Of a stretch of DNA of 64,000 nt, positions 19,440-30,220 are shown piece by piece. Source of the DNA: Candidatus Culexmicrobium cathedralense (GTDB lineage: Archaea; Thermoproteota; Methanomethylicia; Culexarchaeales; Culexmicrobiaceae); NCBI GenBank assembly GCA_025061115.1, contig JANZKC010000001.1:320001-384000 (forward strand), written 5' to 3'. A program made the position numbers and the translations under genes. Positions within the stretch are counted from its first letter, which is position 1; every line of letters begins with the position of its first letter. The notes beneath the pieces are model-generated. The model was not told the DNA's origin. It made no database searches and was given only the letters and a program-made list of their open reading frames with translations.

Positions 19440-20513
19440 TTAAATTATTTTCAAAGGAAATAAGAAGTAAGTAGCAGCCTTATAATCCTTATACTTTCTG
19501 CCAAACCTATTAGCCAGCTCCCTCTCCTCAACACGCGCAATCCACAAATAAATAAGCATCAGGTAAAACCACTCATAAATCACCGTTTCGAAACTTAAAG
19601 TCGAGGCGACTACAGATATCCCCAATGAGAAGGAAATTAAGCCTAAGTACTGAGGATGCCTAATCACGCGGTAAGGACCACCACTAATCACATCAACGCC
19701 GCGAATTCTACACAATATGTAATAAGTGGTAGCATATGCAAACAACGACATACCTGCAATAAAGAGGATCAATCCCATCCAACTAGTTAAATTAAAAATA
19801 AACACGAAATACAGCGGATTATACTCTAACAGTTGGCGGGGCATACTAATTGCAGCGAGAAAAGCTCCAACTCCAATCAACAACAATGTACCAACAAATG
19901 ACAGCGGCACATCTCTCCACTTCCTACCAGCAATAAATCCAGCAACACACCCATACAAGAGGAGGTAAGGCATAATGAGACTTAAAAGTGAACCAGGAAG
20001 AACCAAAGCCTGAACAAATAAAGAATAAGCCACATCTAAAGGAGCAGGCAAATAACCACACAACTCATGCATATACCGAATCAAATTATGAGTACTAGTC
20101 AACACCAAATAAATGCCAGCAGGGAAAAACATCCAGTAAAGAAAAGGCTGAAGCAGCAATGCAATACTAGGCGAAGTAAAGGCAAAATAAGACAGGCCCG
20201 ACAAGGCACCCTCAACAATACACCATCCACTCCAAGCAGAAGCCAAAACAACAACAGGAACAAGAAGTAAGAGAACAATCAATATAAAATCCTTCAAAGA
20301 AACATTAACAATTTCAAGCGAACAATAAGGAACAGCAAAAATCCCCAAATAAAGCCAAGACAAAACAACACCAAGCAACACAACCTCAACAAAAACACAC
20401 CTAAACCTAAACAAAACAACCAAACCTCCCAACCAAGGATACCACAAAATAGAGAGTACTATTTTATTTAAAAACTTTATGAACAATTTAACTATAAAAC
20501 ACCAAATCATCAA
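19440..20513 (-). CDS. ICMT/PEMT-family membrane methyltransferase with extra N-terminal TM region (start uncertain)
   Basis: C-terminal GPYRVIRHPQYLG and EERELANRFG..Y..YK. Confidence 0.8.
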   Translation of the reverse strand: MMIWCFIVKLFIKFLNKIVLSILWYPWLGGLVVLFRFRCVFVEVVLLGVVLSWLYLGIFAVPYCSLEIVNVSLKDFILIVLLLLVPVVVLASAWSGWCIVEGALSGLSYFAFTSPSIALLLQPFLYWMFFPAGIYLVLTSTHNLIRYMHELCGYLPAPLDVAYSLFVQALVLPGSLLSLIMPYLLLYGCVAGFIAGRKWRDVPLSFVGTLLLIGVGAFLAAISMPRQLLEYNPLYFVFIFNLTSWMGLILFIAGMSLFAYATTYYILCRIRGVDVISGGPYRVIRHPQYLGLISFSLGISVVASTLSFETVIYEWFYLMLIYLWIARVEERELANRFGRKYKDYKAATYFLFPLKII

Positions 20514-20605
20514 AATAACGCAAAAGTTCTAACATGAAAACAGTAATCTATTAATAGATTCTGAGGGCATCTGGATATTAGAATTATCGTGAAGGGATAT
20601 CTGCA

Positions 20606-23262
20606 CTTTTAATTTTCTTTTAATGAGATTCTATCTAATGCCCACACAGGTTTTTGTATGAAGATATCCTTTCAATTCTCTTTTAATGAGATTCTAAATA
20701 AATATAGTCAAACTTCTTTGGAAGATCGTACTTCCATCTTTCAATTCTCTTTTAATGAGATTCTAATCTACATCTATGGGGAGGGCATAAAGGGGCAGTA
20801 CCTCCTTTCAATTCTCTTTTAATGAGATTCTACTTGAAAGAAGCAGAGCGACAAATCGAGAAGAAATACTTTCAATTCTCTTTTAATGAGATTCATTTAG
20901 GTGACTGGGAGTTCGTTGCAGTGGAAAACTCATCACTTTCAATTCTCTTTTAATGAGATTCACACCAGTAATCTTCATTTTTTCTCTACCTCCTCTTTAC
21001 TCTTTCAATTCTCTTTTAATGAGATTCGGAGTCTACACTCACTGTCTACCTCTGCAATCTCCTCTAGCTTTCAATTCTCTTTTAATGAGATTCTCCATTG
21101 GATTCACCTCAATAGAAAAAGAGGATGTAGACTTTCAATTCTCTTTTAATGAGATTCCTGAAATAAGGCTCCTAGTTTTAAGGGAAGTCAAGAAGTTCTT
21201 TCAATTCTCTTTTAATGAGATTCTTTACGTTGACAACTTCACGATTAATACTGCGGATACTACTTTCAATTCTCTTTTAATGAGATTCTAAAAGCTGAAC
21301 CCAAACTTAGCAACCCCAACAAAATAACTCTTTCAATTCTCTTTTAATGAGATTCCCTTACCTTTGTCGACGATACTGAAGACACCATATTCGCTTTCAA
21401 TTCTCTTTTAATGAGATTCGGCAAAGGTAAGCATGATGTACAGTAGAAGCATGTTAATCTCTTTCAATTCTCTTTTAATGAGATTCTGAGTTTTACTTTC
21501 CAGTGATTGTTGATGGCGCTTGCTTGCTTTCAATTCTCTTTTAATGAGATTCTTAAATTCGCAAATACTGTAAGTGCAACTGAATTCCTAATCTTTCAAT
21601 TCTCTTTTAATGAGATTCTGATGCTTGAAATGTTTGCGACAAATTTTTCGTATTGATACTTTCAATTCTCTTTTAATGAGATTCGACGAAGCGATATATT
21701 TAGAGTCCTGGTACTGCCAAGTGATCTTTCAATTCTCTTTTAATGAGATTCGAAAGGGGGGATATGATGAGTATGAAATTGTTGATGAACCTTTCAATTC
21801 TCTTTTAATGAGATTCGGAACTTCCAGTCTACATCAGTAGCAGTACTGAAGTCTACATCTTTCAATTCTCTTTTAATGAGATTCCAGCCTTAGAATTGAG
21901 TGCTAGCAGTAAAAAAAGAGTTTCTTTCAATTCTCTTTTAATGAGATTCTAGAACAACACCGCCAAAGAATATAATGAATGTAACAAGCTTTCAATTCTC
22001 TTTTAATGAGATTCATATCTTTTTCGGGGGGATTTTGTATGGAGAGTATTATGCTTTCAATTCTCTTTTAATGAGATTCACTCAGACTCATACACAACAC
22101 CTGAGAGAAAGAGAGTAACTTTCAATTCTCTTTTAATGAGATTCCTATTGAAGCTAGCTATTGTCAGCCTTATGCATTTCTCTCTTTCAATTCTCTTTTA
22201 ATGAGATTCTACAGTAAAACTTATAAATAATCTTTTAACTAAAGACTCTCTTTCAATTCTCTTTTAATGAGATTCGACATAGTTGAGGGTAAGGTGGATG
22301 GAGACAGGATAGTTCCTTTCAATTCTCTTTTAATGAGATTCTTATATTTGGGTTTACGTATAAGGGTTGATGGTGTGGGTCACTTTCAATTCTCTTTTAA
22401 TGAGATTCAGCTTTATAAACTCTAAAATAACATAAGCTCAAGTGGTGAGCTTTCAATTCTCTTTTAATGAGATTCTTAATCTTACAGCAACATATGAATT
22501 ATATGCTTATTATAACTTTCAATTCTCTTTTAATGAGATTCTTATTTATGTTAAGCTTGGTTACGAGAGTAAGGAAAAGCTTTCAATTCTCTTTTAATGA
22601 GATTCATGAATAAGGCTGAGATTGAGGGGTTAGTTCTGAAAATTACTTTCAATTCTCTTTTAATGAGATTCCTACATCATACCATAAATCACGAATAATA
22701 TATGCTGGCGGCTTTCAATTCTCTTTTAATGAGATTCTAACTGTCGGGCGGAGGCTCAACAGCATCCTCAGACTTTCAATTCTCTTTTAATGAGATTCGA
22801 AAAACTAAGGCTTCAACTGAAGTTCTAGAGCAAAAAGGAGCTTTCAATTCTCTTTTAATGAGATTCGGCTTCCTGGTTTTCCGCTCTTTAAGCAACTCGT
22901 CTATACTCTTTCAATTCTCTTTTAATGAGATTCTTTTGAGATAAAGCGTCTTTATCGAATTTGCCGGTATTGTCTTTCAATTCTCTTTTAATGAGATTCT
23001 CACGAGTTAGAGATGCATTTTATAAAGCAAAAGAAGAGCTTTCAATTCTCTTTTAATGAGATTCATATGTTATCGTTATAGCTGATCCCACGCTACCAGT
23101 AGCTTTCAATTCTCTTTTAATGAGATTCTGGCGAATGCGGATGACGACTTAATCATGTCTGCATACTACCTTTCAATTCTCTTTTAATGAGATTCTGAGT
23201 TACTCGATTCACTAGGATTCAGAGTGAATGATGCACCTTTCAATTCTCTTTTAATGAGATTC
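20606..23262 (-). CRISPR. CRISPR array, 41 repeats / 40 spacers (about 35-43 nt); 26-nt repeat GAATCTCATTAAAAGAGAATTGAAAG in transcribed orientation
   Basis: Repeats counted individually. The degenerate trailer repeat is at 20606-20631 and the leader is on the right, so transcription is on the minus strand. ATTGAAAG 3' handle is typical of type I-A/III. Confidence 0.98.
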
Positions 23263-23401
23263 TGAAAGTTTATATATTGGATTTTTAAGGGATGTCTTCA
23301 ATTGAATATATTTCTACTTTCTGCTATATAATTTATCATCATCTATCATCGCAGAGGTTGGATGGGCTGATGGAATTAATGATTATTTTTCTGTAATGGT
23401 G
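23263..23401 (-). promoter_or_regulatory. CRISPR leader with TATA box (TTATATAG on minus strand, about 23324-23331)
   Basis: AT-rich, abuts the first perfect repeat, homologous to 14586-14724. Confidence 0.85.
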
Positions 23402-23469
23402 CCTTTCGGCTTCATTTTTTATTTTAATTTTTTAAGTTGATTGTCGAATATTTTGTTTGGTGATGTGGG

Positions 23470-24378
23470 TTGTTTTATACTGTTGATGACGTTAGGAGGT
23501 TTTCTAGGTTTTTTAGAGGTAGGCCTTGTGAGGTTAGTGAGGAGTTAAGGGGGTGGATGTGGGGTGAGCCTCCTTTATTGTATCCTTATGATTTCTTGTT
23601 GAGTGTTAGTGATGTGGCGGGTGGTTTTTGTGAGAGTGGTAGGATTGTTTATGTTAGGTATGTTTTGAGGCGGCGTGAGTTTCCTAGTTTTAGGTTGTTG
23701 AGGGGTAGTTTTATTCATGCTGTTTATGGTGAAGCTATTAGGGCTGTTAAGTCTTTGATTTATGGTGGCGTCAGTGCTGGCGAGTTTAGGGACGAGTTTG
23801 TTGAGGTTGGTGAGAAGGTTTATGGTAGGTTGATGAGTAAGTTTTCGCATGTTTGGGATAGTCGTAGGATTTTTGATTTGCTTTGGAGGTATGCTGCTGA
23901 TGTTTATTCTTCTTGTTTGTTGAGAGCTAGAAGTATTTCTCCTTATTTGACTGCTGATAGTTTGGCGTCTATGGTTGTTCCTTTGATTACTGAGTATCCT
24001 GTTGATGGTTCTTTGATTGGTTTGAGCAGGGCTATTAGGATTGATGCTTTGCTTCATCCTTCTATAATCGTTGAGGTTAAGACTCGGGAGATTCATCCTG
24101 ACTATGAGATTGGCTTGGCAGGATATGCTCTTGCCTTTGAAAGTCTGTATGAAATTCCTGTAAATTATGCTGTTTTAGTTAAGGTTGACTTGAATGAAAA
24201 GCGTGGTACTGTTAGGTTTTATGAGCGGATCATTCAGATTTCTGATGAACTTAGAACTAGATTTATTGAGAAGCGGGATATGCTTGCTAGAATTGTTAGT
24301 GAGGGTATTGATCCTGGCAGGCCTAGTAGGTGTCATAGGGATTGTCCATACTTTAAAGTTTGCAGCGAGCTCGAATAG
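23470..24378 (+). CDS. csa1: Type I-A CRISPR-associated Cas4-like protein Csa1
   Basis: Motifs VSEELRGW, FCESGR, EYPVDGSLIGLS, VEVKT, LAGYALAFES, C-terminal CxxxCPYxxxC. Confidence 0.92.
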   Translation: MFYTVDDVRRFSRFFRGRPCEVSEELRGWMWGEPPLLYPYDFLLSVSDVAGGFCESGRIVYVRYVLRRREFPSFRLLRGSFIHAVYGEAIRAVKSLIYGGVSAGEFRDEFVEVGEKVYGRLMSKFSHVWDSRRIFDLLWRYAADVYSSCLLRARSISPYLTADSLASMVVPLITEYPVDGSLIGLSRAIRIDALLHPSIIVEVKTREIHPDYEIGLAGYALAFESLYEIPVNYAVLVKVDLNEKRGTVRFYERIIQISDELRTRFIEKRDMLARIVSEGIDPGRPSRCHRDCPYFKVCSELE

Positions 24379-24393
24379 TCTGTGCTTGGAATG

Positions 24394-24837
24394 TTATATT
24401 GATTTCAGATTTATTATTTTAACTCCTACATTTTTTGCTATTTTTAGTAGTGTTTGATCGCTTGTTATTAGTGGCATGTCTTTATTTATTGCTGTTGCAA
24501 GATGAATGGAATCGAAGAACGTCAGCTCGCGGTGTTTTGCTCTGAGGATTGTTGCTAATTGCAGTATTTGAATTGTTAGTGTAGAATATTCTTTGACTCC
24601 ATATTCAAGTAGTTTCATATTCATTGCGTTTAGCACTTGGCTTATGACTTCAAGTTTAAATCCTCTCGACAACAGGGTTGTGACAACTTCTACTGGTGAA
24701 ATTCCTGATATTATTAATTTAAGTTTCTTTGCTTTATGCTCTTTAAGCCGTTTGATTACATGCGGATAGTGATTGTTTGATGAGCTTAATCCGAATAGGA
24801 AGTCTGTTTCTATGAGAGCTTTTCGTGAAGTAGCCAT
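24394..24837 (-). CDS. vapC: PIN-domain toxin (VapC)
   Basis: Motifs LIETDFL, SPVEV, LTFFDSIHLATA, LITSD. Confidence 0.88.
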   Translation of the reverse strand: MATSRKALIETDFLFGLSSSNNHYPHVIKRLKEHKAKKLKLIISGISPVEVVTTLLSRGFKLEVISQVLNAMNMKLLEYGVKEYSTLTIQILQLATILRAKHRELTFFDSIHLATAINKDMPLITSDQTLLKIAKNVGVKIINLKSI

Positions 24838-25046
24838 TGTTCAGCTCTCCTCCTATCTTCTCTGCTAAATTTGAAGTCCCCCAGTATCTCGGCTAGTATT
24901 TCTGATGGGTCTTTGAATTTAGGTTTAAACACTATTTCATTTTCTCTAATTTCGACTTGGAGTTTGGCTCCGGGTTTTAAGCCGAATTTTTCGCGGATTT
25001 CCTTAGGGATGACTACTCTTCCTTTATTGTCAATTATTACCATCAT
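24810..25046 (-). CDS. vapB: AbrB-type antitoxin (VapB)
   Basis: IDNKGRVVIPKEIREKFGLKPG motif; overlaps vapC. Confidence 0.9.
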   Translation of the reverse strand: MMVIIDNKGRVVIPKEIREKFGLKPGAKLQVEIRENEIVFKPKFKDPSEILAEILGDFKFSREDRRRAEQWLLHEKLS

Positions 25047-25048
25047 TT

Positions 25049-25096
25049 TTCCCACTAAAAATTTAAGTGGATTCCCACTAAATAAATTTATCCCAC
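25049..25096. promoter_or_regulatory. Putative VapB operator repeats in the divergent vapB/cas1 intergenic region
   Basis: TTCCCACTAAA twice (25049, 25072), TCCCAC (25091), inverted CCACT...AGTGG. Confidence 0.5.
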
Positions 25097-25160
25097 ATTC
25101 AGCCTTCACTTATTTTAATATTATATTTATACAAATTCTAAAATTATTTAGGGGAATGAT

Positions 25161-26159
25161 TTGACCGGTAAGATTGCTTTGATTGATAGGTATGGAGCTT
25201 TTCTTGGTGTTAAGGAGGGAAGGTTTCAGCTTAAAGTTCGTGGGAAGACTGTTTGGGAGCTAGCTCCTGTTGAGCTTGATTCCATAGTTTTTCTCATTGA
25301 TGGAGCCACTGTTTCAGCTGCTGCTATCGATTTGGCCGTCAAGTTTGGCATTGACATTGTGTTTATGATTAAGCATAAACCTACTGCGAGAGTAGTTCAG
25401 GCCCCATATGGCTCAACATTAAAGAATTGGCTTTTCCAGCTTAAAACCTATAGCAATAAGATTAGAAGCGCTGAGCTTGCTAAGCTTTTTGTTGAAGGTA
25501 AAATTCATAATCAGCGCATGGTTCTAATGGAGTTTTATAGGATGTTCAGGGCTTCTGGGAAGCGTGTTTGGAGGAATATTCTTAGAGCGATAGATGACAT
25601 TGAGAAAATTCAGCTTAAGCTAGGCGAAGTTAATAGTATTGATGGTGCTAGGCAAATTGAAGCTGAAGTTGCTAGAATCTACTGGAGCGCAATTGCTAAG
25701 ATTGTTCCTGAGGAGCTTGGATTTGAGCGGAGAATTACTAGGGCTCGGAGAATTCCGGGCGAGGAAGTTGACCCATTCAATATTGCCTTAAATATTGGAT
25801 ATTCAGCTTTATTGAAGGAGGTTTGGAGAGCCATATTTATTGCAGGATTAAATCCATATATCGGATTCCTCCACAAGCCTAGAGCTGGAAAAATGGCTTT
25901 AGCCTTCGACTTAATGGAGGAATTTAGGGCAATCTGCGTTGATAGACCGCTGATCAAGTTGGCAAGGAGGAAAACCGAAATTTTCATGAAGTTGAGAGAA
26001 GATGACAAAGAGGCTGTAAGGGAAATTTGGAGAGTTGTTATGAGTAGAATTCATGAAGGTAAAAAGCCGCTTTCAGGAATTATTCTTGAGCAAGCAAGGA
26101 AACTTACCAGACATTTTAGAGGTACTGACAAGTATAAACCTTACAAGTCCAAGTGGTAA
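25161..26159 (+). CDS. cas1: CRISPR-associated integrase Cas1
   Basis: Motifs GKIHNQ, EAEVARIYW, DPFNIALNIGY, GLNPYIGFLH, DLMEEFR. Confidence 0.96.
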   Translation: MTGKIALIDRYGAFLGVKEGRFQLKVRGKTVWELAPVELDSIVFLIDGATVSAAAIDLAVKFGIDIVFMIKHKPTARVVQAPYGSTLKNWLFQLKTYSNKIRSAELAKLFVEGKIHNQRMVLMEFYRMFRASGKRVWRNILRAIDDIEKIQLKLGEVNSIDGARQIEAEVARIYWSAIAKIVPEELGFERRITRARRIPGEEVDPFNIALNIGYSALLKEVWRAIFIAGLNPYIGFLHKPRAGKMALAFDLMEEFRAICVDRPLIKLARRKTEIFMKLREDDKEAVREIWRVVMSRIHEGKKPLSGIILEQARKLTRHFRGTDKYKPYKSKW

Positions 26160-26251
26160 CATTAATTCCCATAAACAACCAATAATTTGAATCGTTTAGA
26201 ATTAATAATTAATTAAGGTTATTAAGAATTAAATAAGTATGGTGCATTGCC

Positions 26252-26533
26252 ATGCAAATGATAACTCTTGTCATTTATGACATTCCGGATGATAGATTAA
26301 GGTATAAGGTTGCGAGCTTCTTGAAGTCTATGGGTTTAAAGAGAGTCCAAAAAAGTGCATTTGCCGGTCCACTGACTATTAGTCAGAGAATGAACCTAAT
26401 TGCAGGTTTAAGGAGGCTTATTAAAGGACAAGAGGCAAATATACAGATTTACCCATTAACTCAAGCCAGCTTCAATCAAAGAGTAGTTCTTGGAGTTGAA
26501 TTAAAATATGAAGAGGAAGACATTATAATTTAA
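26252..26533 (+). CDS. cas2: CRISPR-associated Cas2
   Basis: Motifs VIYDIPDD.LR, LKSMGLKRVQKSAF. Confidence 0.95.
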   Translation: MQMITLVIYDIPDDRLRYKVASFLKSMGLKRVQKSAFAGPLTISQRMNLIAGLRRLIKGQEANIQIYPLTQASFNQRVVLGVELKYEEEDIII

Positions 26534-26651
26534 AGTTTAAGTAAATTAAATAATAGTAATAAATCTAATTTTATAATTAATTAAAATCAGCCCATTCAAA
26601 CTACAATAAATGGTGAAGAGTTTATTGAATGATTGCATCTTTATCACTGAT

Positions 26652-27134
26652 TTAATTGAATTGGGCTTTAATTTTGAAGTATTTTTTGACTTCTTCATTT
26701 TTTAATAATATTTTGATTATTAAATATATTATTATGTTTGCGGTTATGATTGATATCATGATCGAGAGTGGGATGCGTGATTGCAGACCATATACTTCAG
26801 CATAACGTCGTCCATAAAAAGCTGGAAGTAATGTTGGTATGAAGGCGCTCCACATGAGGGGAATTGCAAGATACAGATCATTAACAAGATGAAAGACAGC
26901 ATTAACAATACATAATATAGTTATTATTGAAGCTAAGACCGTCAGGATGTAGGCCGCCCAAAGACTCCTCAAACTTCCATTTGCAATTTGAAAGCCCAGA
27001 AAGAGGACAGGTAAACCGAGGGGTAAGAACAAAATTGCGAAAGGACCAGTGAAAATAACGTTAATGAAAAAGTTGATCAAGACCCAAACCATAAGAAATA
27101 AGACGCGATCGGGGATTGCGTAACTTTTAGACAT
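26652..27134 (-). CDS. Hypothetical membrane protein (about 4-5 TM)
   Basis: Hydrophobic ORF ending EEVKKYF; GGAG SD before ATG 27134. Confidence 0.65.
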   Translation of the reverse strand: MSKSYAIPDRVLFLMVWVLINFFINVIFTGPFAILFLPLGLPVLFLGFQIANGSLRSLWAAYILTVLASIITILCIVNAVFHLVNDLYLAIPLMWSAFIPTLLPAFYGRRYAEVYGLQSRIPLSIMISIITANIIIYLIIKILLKNEEVKKYFKIKAQFN

Positions 27135-27486
27135 GTTAAATTTACTCCTCAAATAACATTAAAATTAAAATTTGATTTATATTTTTTCTTTCACTTAATA
27201 TTATACAACATACACCCGCACTTTGGCTGGATACGTTTTAGAGTTCAAGGATTATGGGCATTGTTCTCTGTCAATTTCTTTACGTTCTTGACATGAATCC
27301 TTATCTCAAGTGCATATTTCCCGTTACCTCAGATCATTCCATTAAATCCTGGAATTATCATTTATAGTCATCAAGTCCGCCAAGGCACATTTCAATAAGC
27401 CACATACATCCTCTAATATAAACATATGACATGAGATAATTGATGATATACTTGCTATAATGTTAAGCTGGAAAGCATAGCTTTTA

Positions 27487-27870
27487 TTAATTGACAACTC
27501 GCAGTTTGAGGCGTCTCCCATCATATGTGTAAACTGCAATATCCATTTCAGACTCGTATGGATATCTAATTATCATTAGGAAGAGCTTGTACTTTGAAAG
27601 CAAATCTCTTGTAGAGGGCTTTAAGCTGCCTGAAGGATGGCTGTGAGCAACTCCAATAATTGAAAAGTCGATTGGCAATCTAAATGGGTTGAAAGCTATA
27701 CAACTATTGGAAGTGTAGGATATTGGGGGCATGAGCACTTCATAAATTAAAGCAATTCCAGACTTAATTGAACCCCTCAACAATAGAATCGTTTCCCTCG
27801 GATGAGCTGCCCTAGCAATAGCTAAAAGAGTTTTTAGACAATCTCTCCTAACCCTAACCTCGCTAAGCAA
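27487..27870 (-). CDS. JAB1/MPN (Mov34) metalloprotease
   Basis: HPRE plus JAMM motif HSHPSG...PSTRD. Confidence 0.88.
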   Translation of the reverse strand: MLSEVRVRRDCLKTLLAIARAAHPRETILLLRGSIKSGIALIYEVLMPPISYTSNSCIAFNPFRLPIDFSIIGVAHSHPSGSLKPSTRDLLSKYKLFLMIIRYPYESEMDIAVYTYDGRRLKLRVVN

Positions 27871-28118
27871 GTCAAATCACTCTAAAAAACTATTCTAAGC
27901 AGTATAACTAGTTTATTATAAGCTTGTGCAGGCGTGTTAAAAGATAAATCAGTATGAAACTCTATTTGAGATGCGGAAGCCCCCAAATTTACATAGTTAT
28001 GGAAAAAATTAGGCTTAAATGCATTGAATTTAAATCAATATATGTAAAAATAGGTTTGAACATAAATAGGCTCCAAAAATCACCTAGACTTGAAGACGGC
28101 GGGGTTAGAGGATTGTTC

Positions 28119-28238
28119 ATGAAATTGAGCTTCTACTATGAAATGCTTTCAAACATATTTCTAGGCTTAATAATAGGGCTGGTATTAGCTATCGCTGCAT
28201 TTCTAGTATCAAAGTTGAAGAGCGAAGTTGAAATCTAA
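28119..28238 (+). CDS. Possible small single-TM protein
   Basis: MKLSFYYEMLSNIFLGLIIGLVLAIAAFLVSKLKSEVEI after a GAGG SD. Confidence 0.35.
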   Translation: MKLSFYYEMLSNIFLGLIIGLVLAIAAFLVSKLKSEVEI

Positions 28239-28272
28239 ACTGTAAACCCAGCCAAGAAATGGATATAATTAT

Positions 28273-28932
28273 TTACTTCCCATCCCGAACGAGTGTAAGT
28301 GCTGCTCCAATCGCCCCCTCAAATGCTCTAACCTCATCTTCAGCCCAGCAAAGCAAAATAGCATCACCTTCCTCAACTTTAAATTTAGATTTAAGATATT
28401 CAATTTCCTTAGAATAGATTTTCCCAACCACTTCACGCGTTTTGGGAAATCTAATTTCGCCATTTTCGACAATCAATGTTGTAGCTCCACTAGCTCCACT
28501 TTTTATTGCCTCATCTCTTTGGAGAATACCGTCAATAACTTTAGCTGCTCCACCTTCAACTTTAATTCCAACAACAAACTCCCCTGGAGCTAACTTGGAA
28601 ATTTTCGAGGCTTCAAGCTCCTCCAACTCAACTACCCTTTTAGCTTCAAGATATTCATGAATTGCAGCTTCTCCCTCCCTGGTAAGCGTGCACCCACCCT
28701 TGGCAACCTCAATTAATCCCCTAGCTTTCAACCTATCAATTAAACCTCTCACCACTCCCTGACTCAATTTAAGCTTCCTAGCAAGCGCATACCTTCCTAT
28801 GGGTCCCTCCCTCTCAATGACTTTTAAAGCAACTAGCACTTTAAGCGCATCCAATCGGGGGACAGGACCCTTAGGAACTTTACGCCAGCTGCGAATAATT
28901 TCTTCCAAAATCGTCATGATCTCCAATATCAT
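28273..28932 (-). CDS. wHTH regulator with DUF4443-like C-terminal domain
   Basis: GPIGRYALARKLKLSQGVVR HTH; GILQRDEAIKSGASGATT. Confidence 0.78.
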   Translation of the reverse strand: MILEIMTILEEIIRSWRKVPKGPVPRLDALKVLVALKVIEREGPIGRYALARKLKLSQGVVRGLIDRLKARGLIEVAKGGCTLTREGEAAIHEYLEAKRVVELEELEASKISKLAPGEFVVGIKVEGGAAKVIDGILQRDEAIKSGASGATTLIVENGEIRFPKTREVVGKIYSKEIEYLKSKFKVEEGDAILLCWAEDEVRAFEGAIGAALTLVRDGK

Positions 28933-28968
28933 TAACCTAAGACACCAATATTAACTTTAGCAAAGGTT

Positions 28969-29610
28969 TCACGGAGGTTTTGGAGGCCACTGAGCTACAC
29001 TCTCATATACCCAAATTACCGTTGACCCATCAGACAGCACATACCTATCACATCCAACAGAACCCAACCTCCACTCGCCTATTTCCGAATCCCAATACCA
29101 CCAAATCCAATACATCAACTTACCTGGATTATTACTGACGCCTCCAATTGCATTTATAAACACGCCTAACTGCTGCATGACGGAATAATCAACTCCAATC
29201 ACCTTGACGGTAGCATTAAAAAGCGTATCACCAAGCCTAAGCTCTGTGGAATTAAACCAAATCCGAGTGCCATTACCAAAATCTATTCCAATATTAACGT
29301 GAATCCTTCCACCAGCAATGCTGCACACCTCCCTCAACGTTGCAGTGCAACTCTCCAGCTTCAATGCAACTCCAAAAGCTTCACTGTCAGTTGCATTTTC
29401 AAGAGCTTCCATCAAGTCATCAACAAGCACATTAAGCTTAGAGCCAACTTTTTCCAAAGCACTATTAACGTCCGAGTACATTCTTTCCAACTCTTCAAAC
29501 CTACTATAGTAGTAAGCTGCAGCTACAGTTGAAACTACAGCCCAAACAAGTATTATTCCAACAAGAATCCAAGGATACTTAGCGCTCGTCAACTCTACCA
29601 CCCAGCCCAT
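28969..29610 (-). CDS. Membrane-anchored DUF4430 (transcobalamin-like) protein
   Basis: N-terminal TM, coiled coil, then IDFGNGT, GVFINAIGGV, YWIWW, VGCDRY.L.DG. Confidence 0.78.
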   Translation of the reverse strand: MGWVVELTSAKYPWILVGIILVWAVVSTVAAAYYYSRFEELERMYSDVNSALEKVGSKLNVLVDDLMEALENATDSEAFGVALKLESCTATLREVCSIAGGRIHVNIGIDFGNGTRIWFNSTELRLGDTLFNATVKVIGVDYSVMQQLGVFINAIGGVSNNPGKLMYWIWWYWDSEIGEWRLGSVGCDRYVLSDGSTVIWVYESVAQWPPKPP

Positions 29611-30145
29611 TAATCTTTGTAACCAAAATTGAAGTTATGAGGGCAGATGAAAACTCGGTTACAGGTCCAACCGCATATAAGTATCCACCCATAACCGGCA
29701 GGAACAAGCCTACAACCCCCATTATGAATGCTTCAAGAGGAGGCATTAAAGGCAAGTACAATAAGAATGAGCTCAAAACATCATACAGCAAATACAGAAT
29801 GTAAGATGTCACTAGAACTTCAATTTTCGAAGCCATCCTTCCATTCCAAATCAATCCACTAACTGCGCCAATTAACCCGCATAGCATGCTCGTCACAATA
29901 GTCCAAAAACCCAATCCCAAAATCACGTCGGAAACAATAAAGGATAGCACTCCAACAGCAAAACCATAAATTGGCCCTAACAGCGAGCCTGCAACAACAG
30001 TAAATGCACATGGAAAGTTTACGAATTGAAATGGACCCAATATGGAGTGCTTAAACAGTCTCAACGCCACAGCGGAAGCTGCAAAATTCGCTGTTAAAGC
30101 TAGCTTTATTGAGCTATTCACATAGGCAATTTTGCCTACAACCAC
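29579..30145 (-). CDS. ECF transporter S component
   Basis: Small polytopic protein; GPIYGFAVGVLSFIVSD, GFWT. Confidence 0.8.
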   Translation of the reverse strand: MVVGKIAYVNSSIKLALTANFAASAVALRLFKHSILGPFQFVNFPCAFTVVAGSLLGPIYGFAVGVLSFIVSDVILGLGFWTIVTSMLCGLIGAVSGLIWNGRMASKIEVLVTSYILYLLYDVLSSFLLYLPLMPPLEAFIMGVVGLFLPVMGGYLYAVGPVTEFSSALITSILVTKINGLGGRVDER

Positions 30146-30220
30146 TTATATACTTTGCCCTTCCAACCGCAATTCAAAGCTTCAACTTCAAATTGAAATG
30201 TAAAATTGAAGAGAGTGCAC

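Noticed and set aside
20538-20561. Possible 42nd highly eroded repeat (TCTATTAATAGATTC)
   Set aside because: Spacing fits, but the similarity is too low to count.
20901-21840. ORFs with repeated FQFSFNEI / FNSLLMRF
   Set aside because: Translations of CRISPR repeats.
27190-27480. Possible gene remnant on the minus strand
   Set aside because: Short open stretches with no recognisable motif.
28090-28141. Possible C/D-box sRNA (TGAAGA...ATGA); similar weak case at about 46020-46084
   Set aside because: Boxes are too degenerate, with no convincing D/D' pair.
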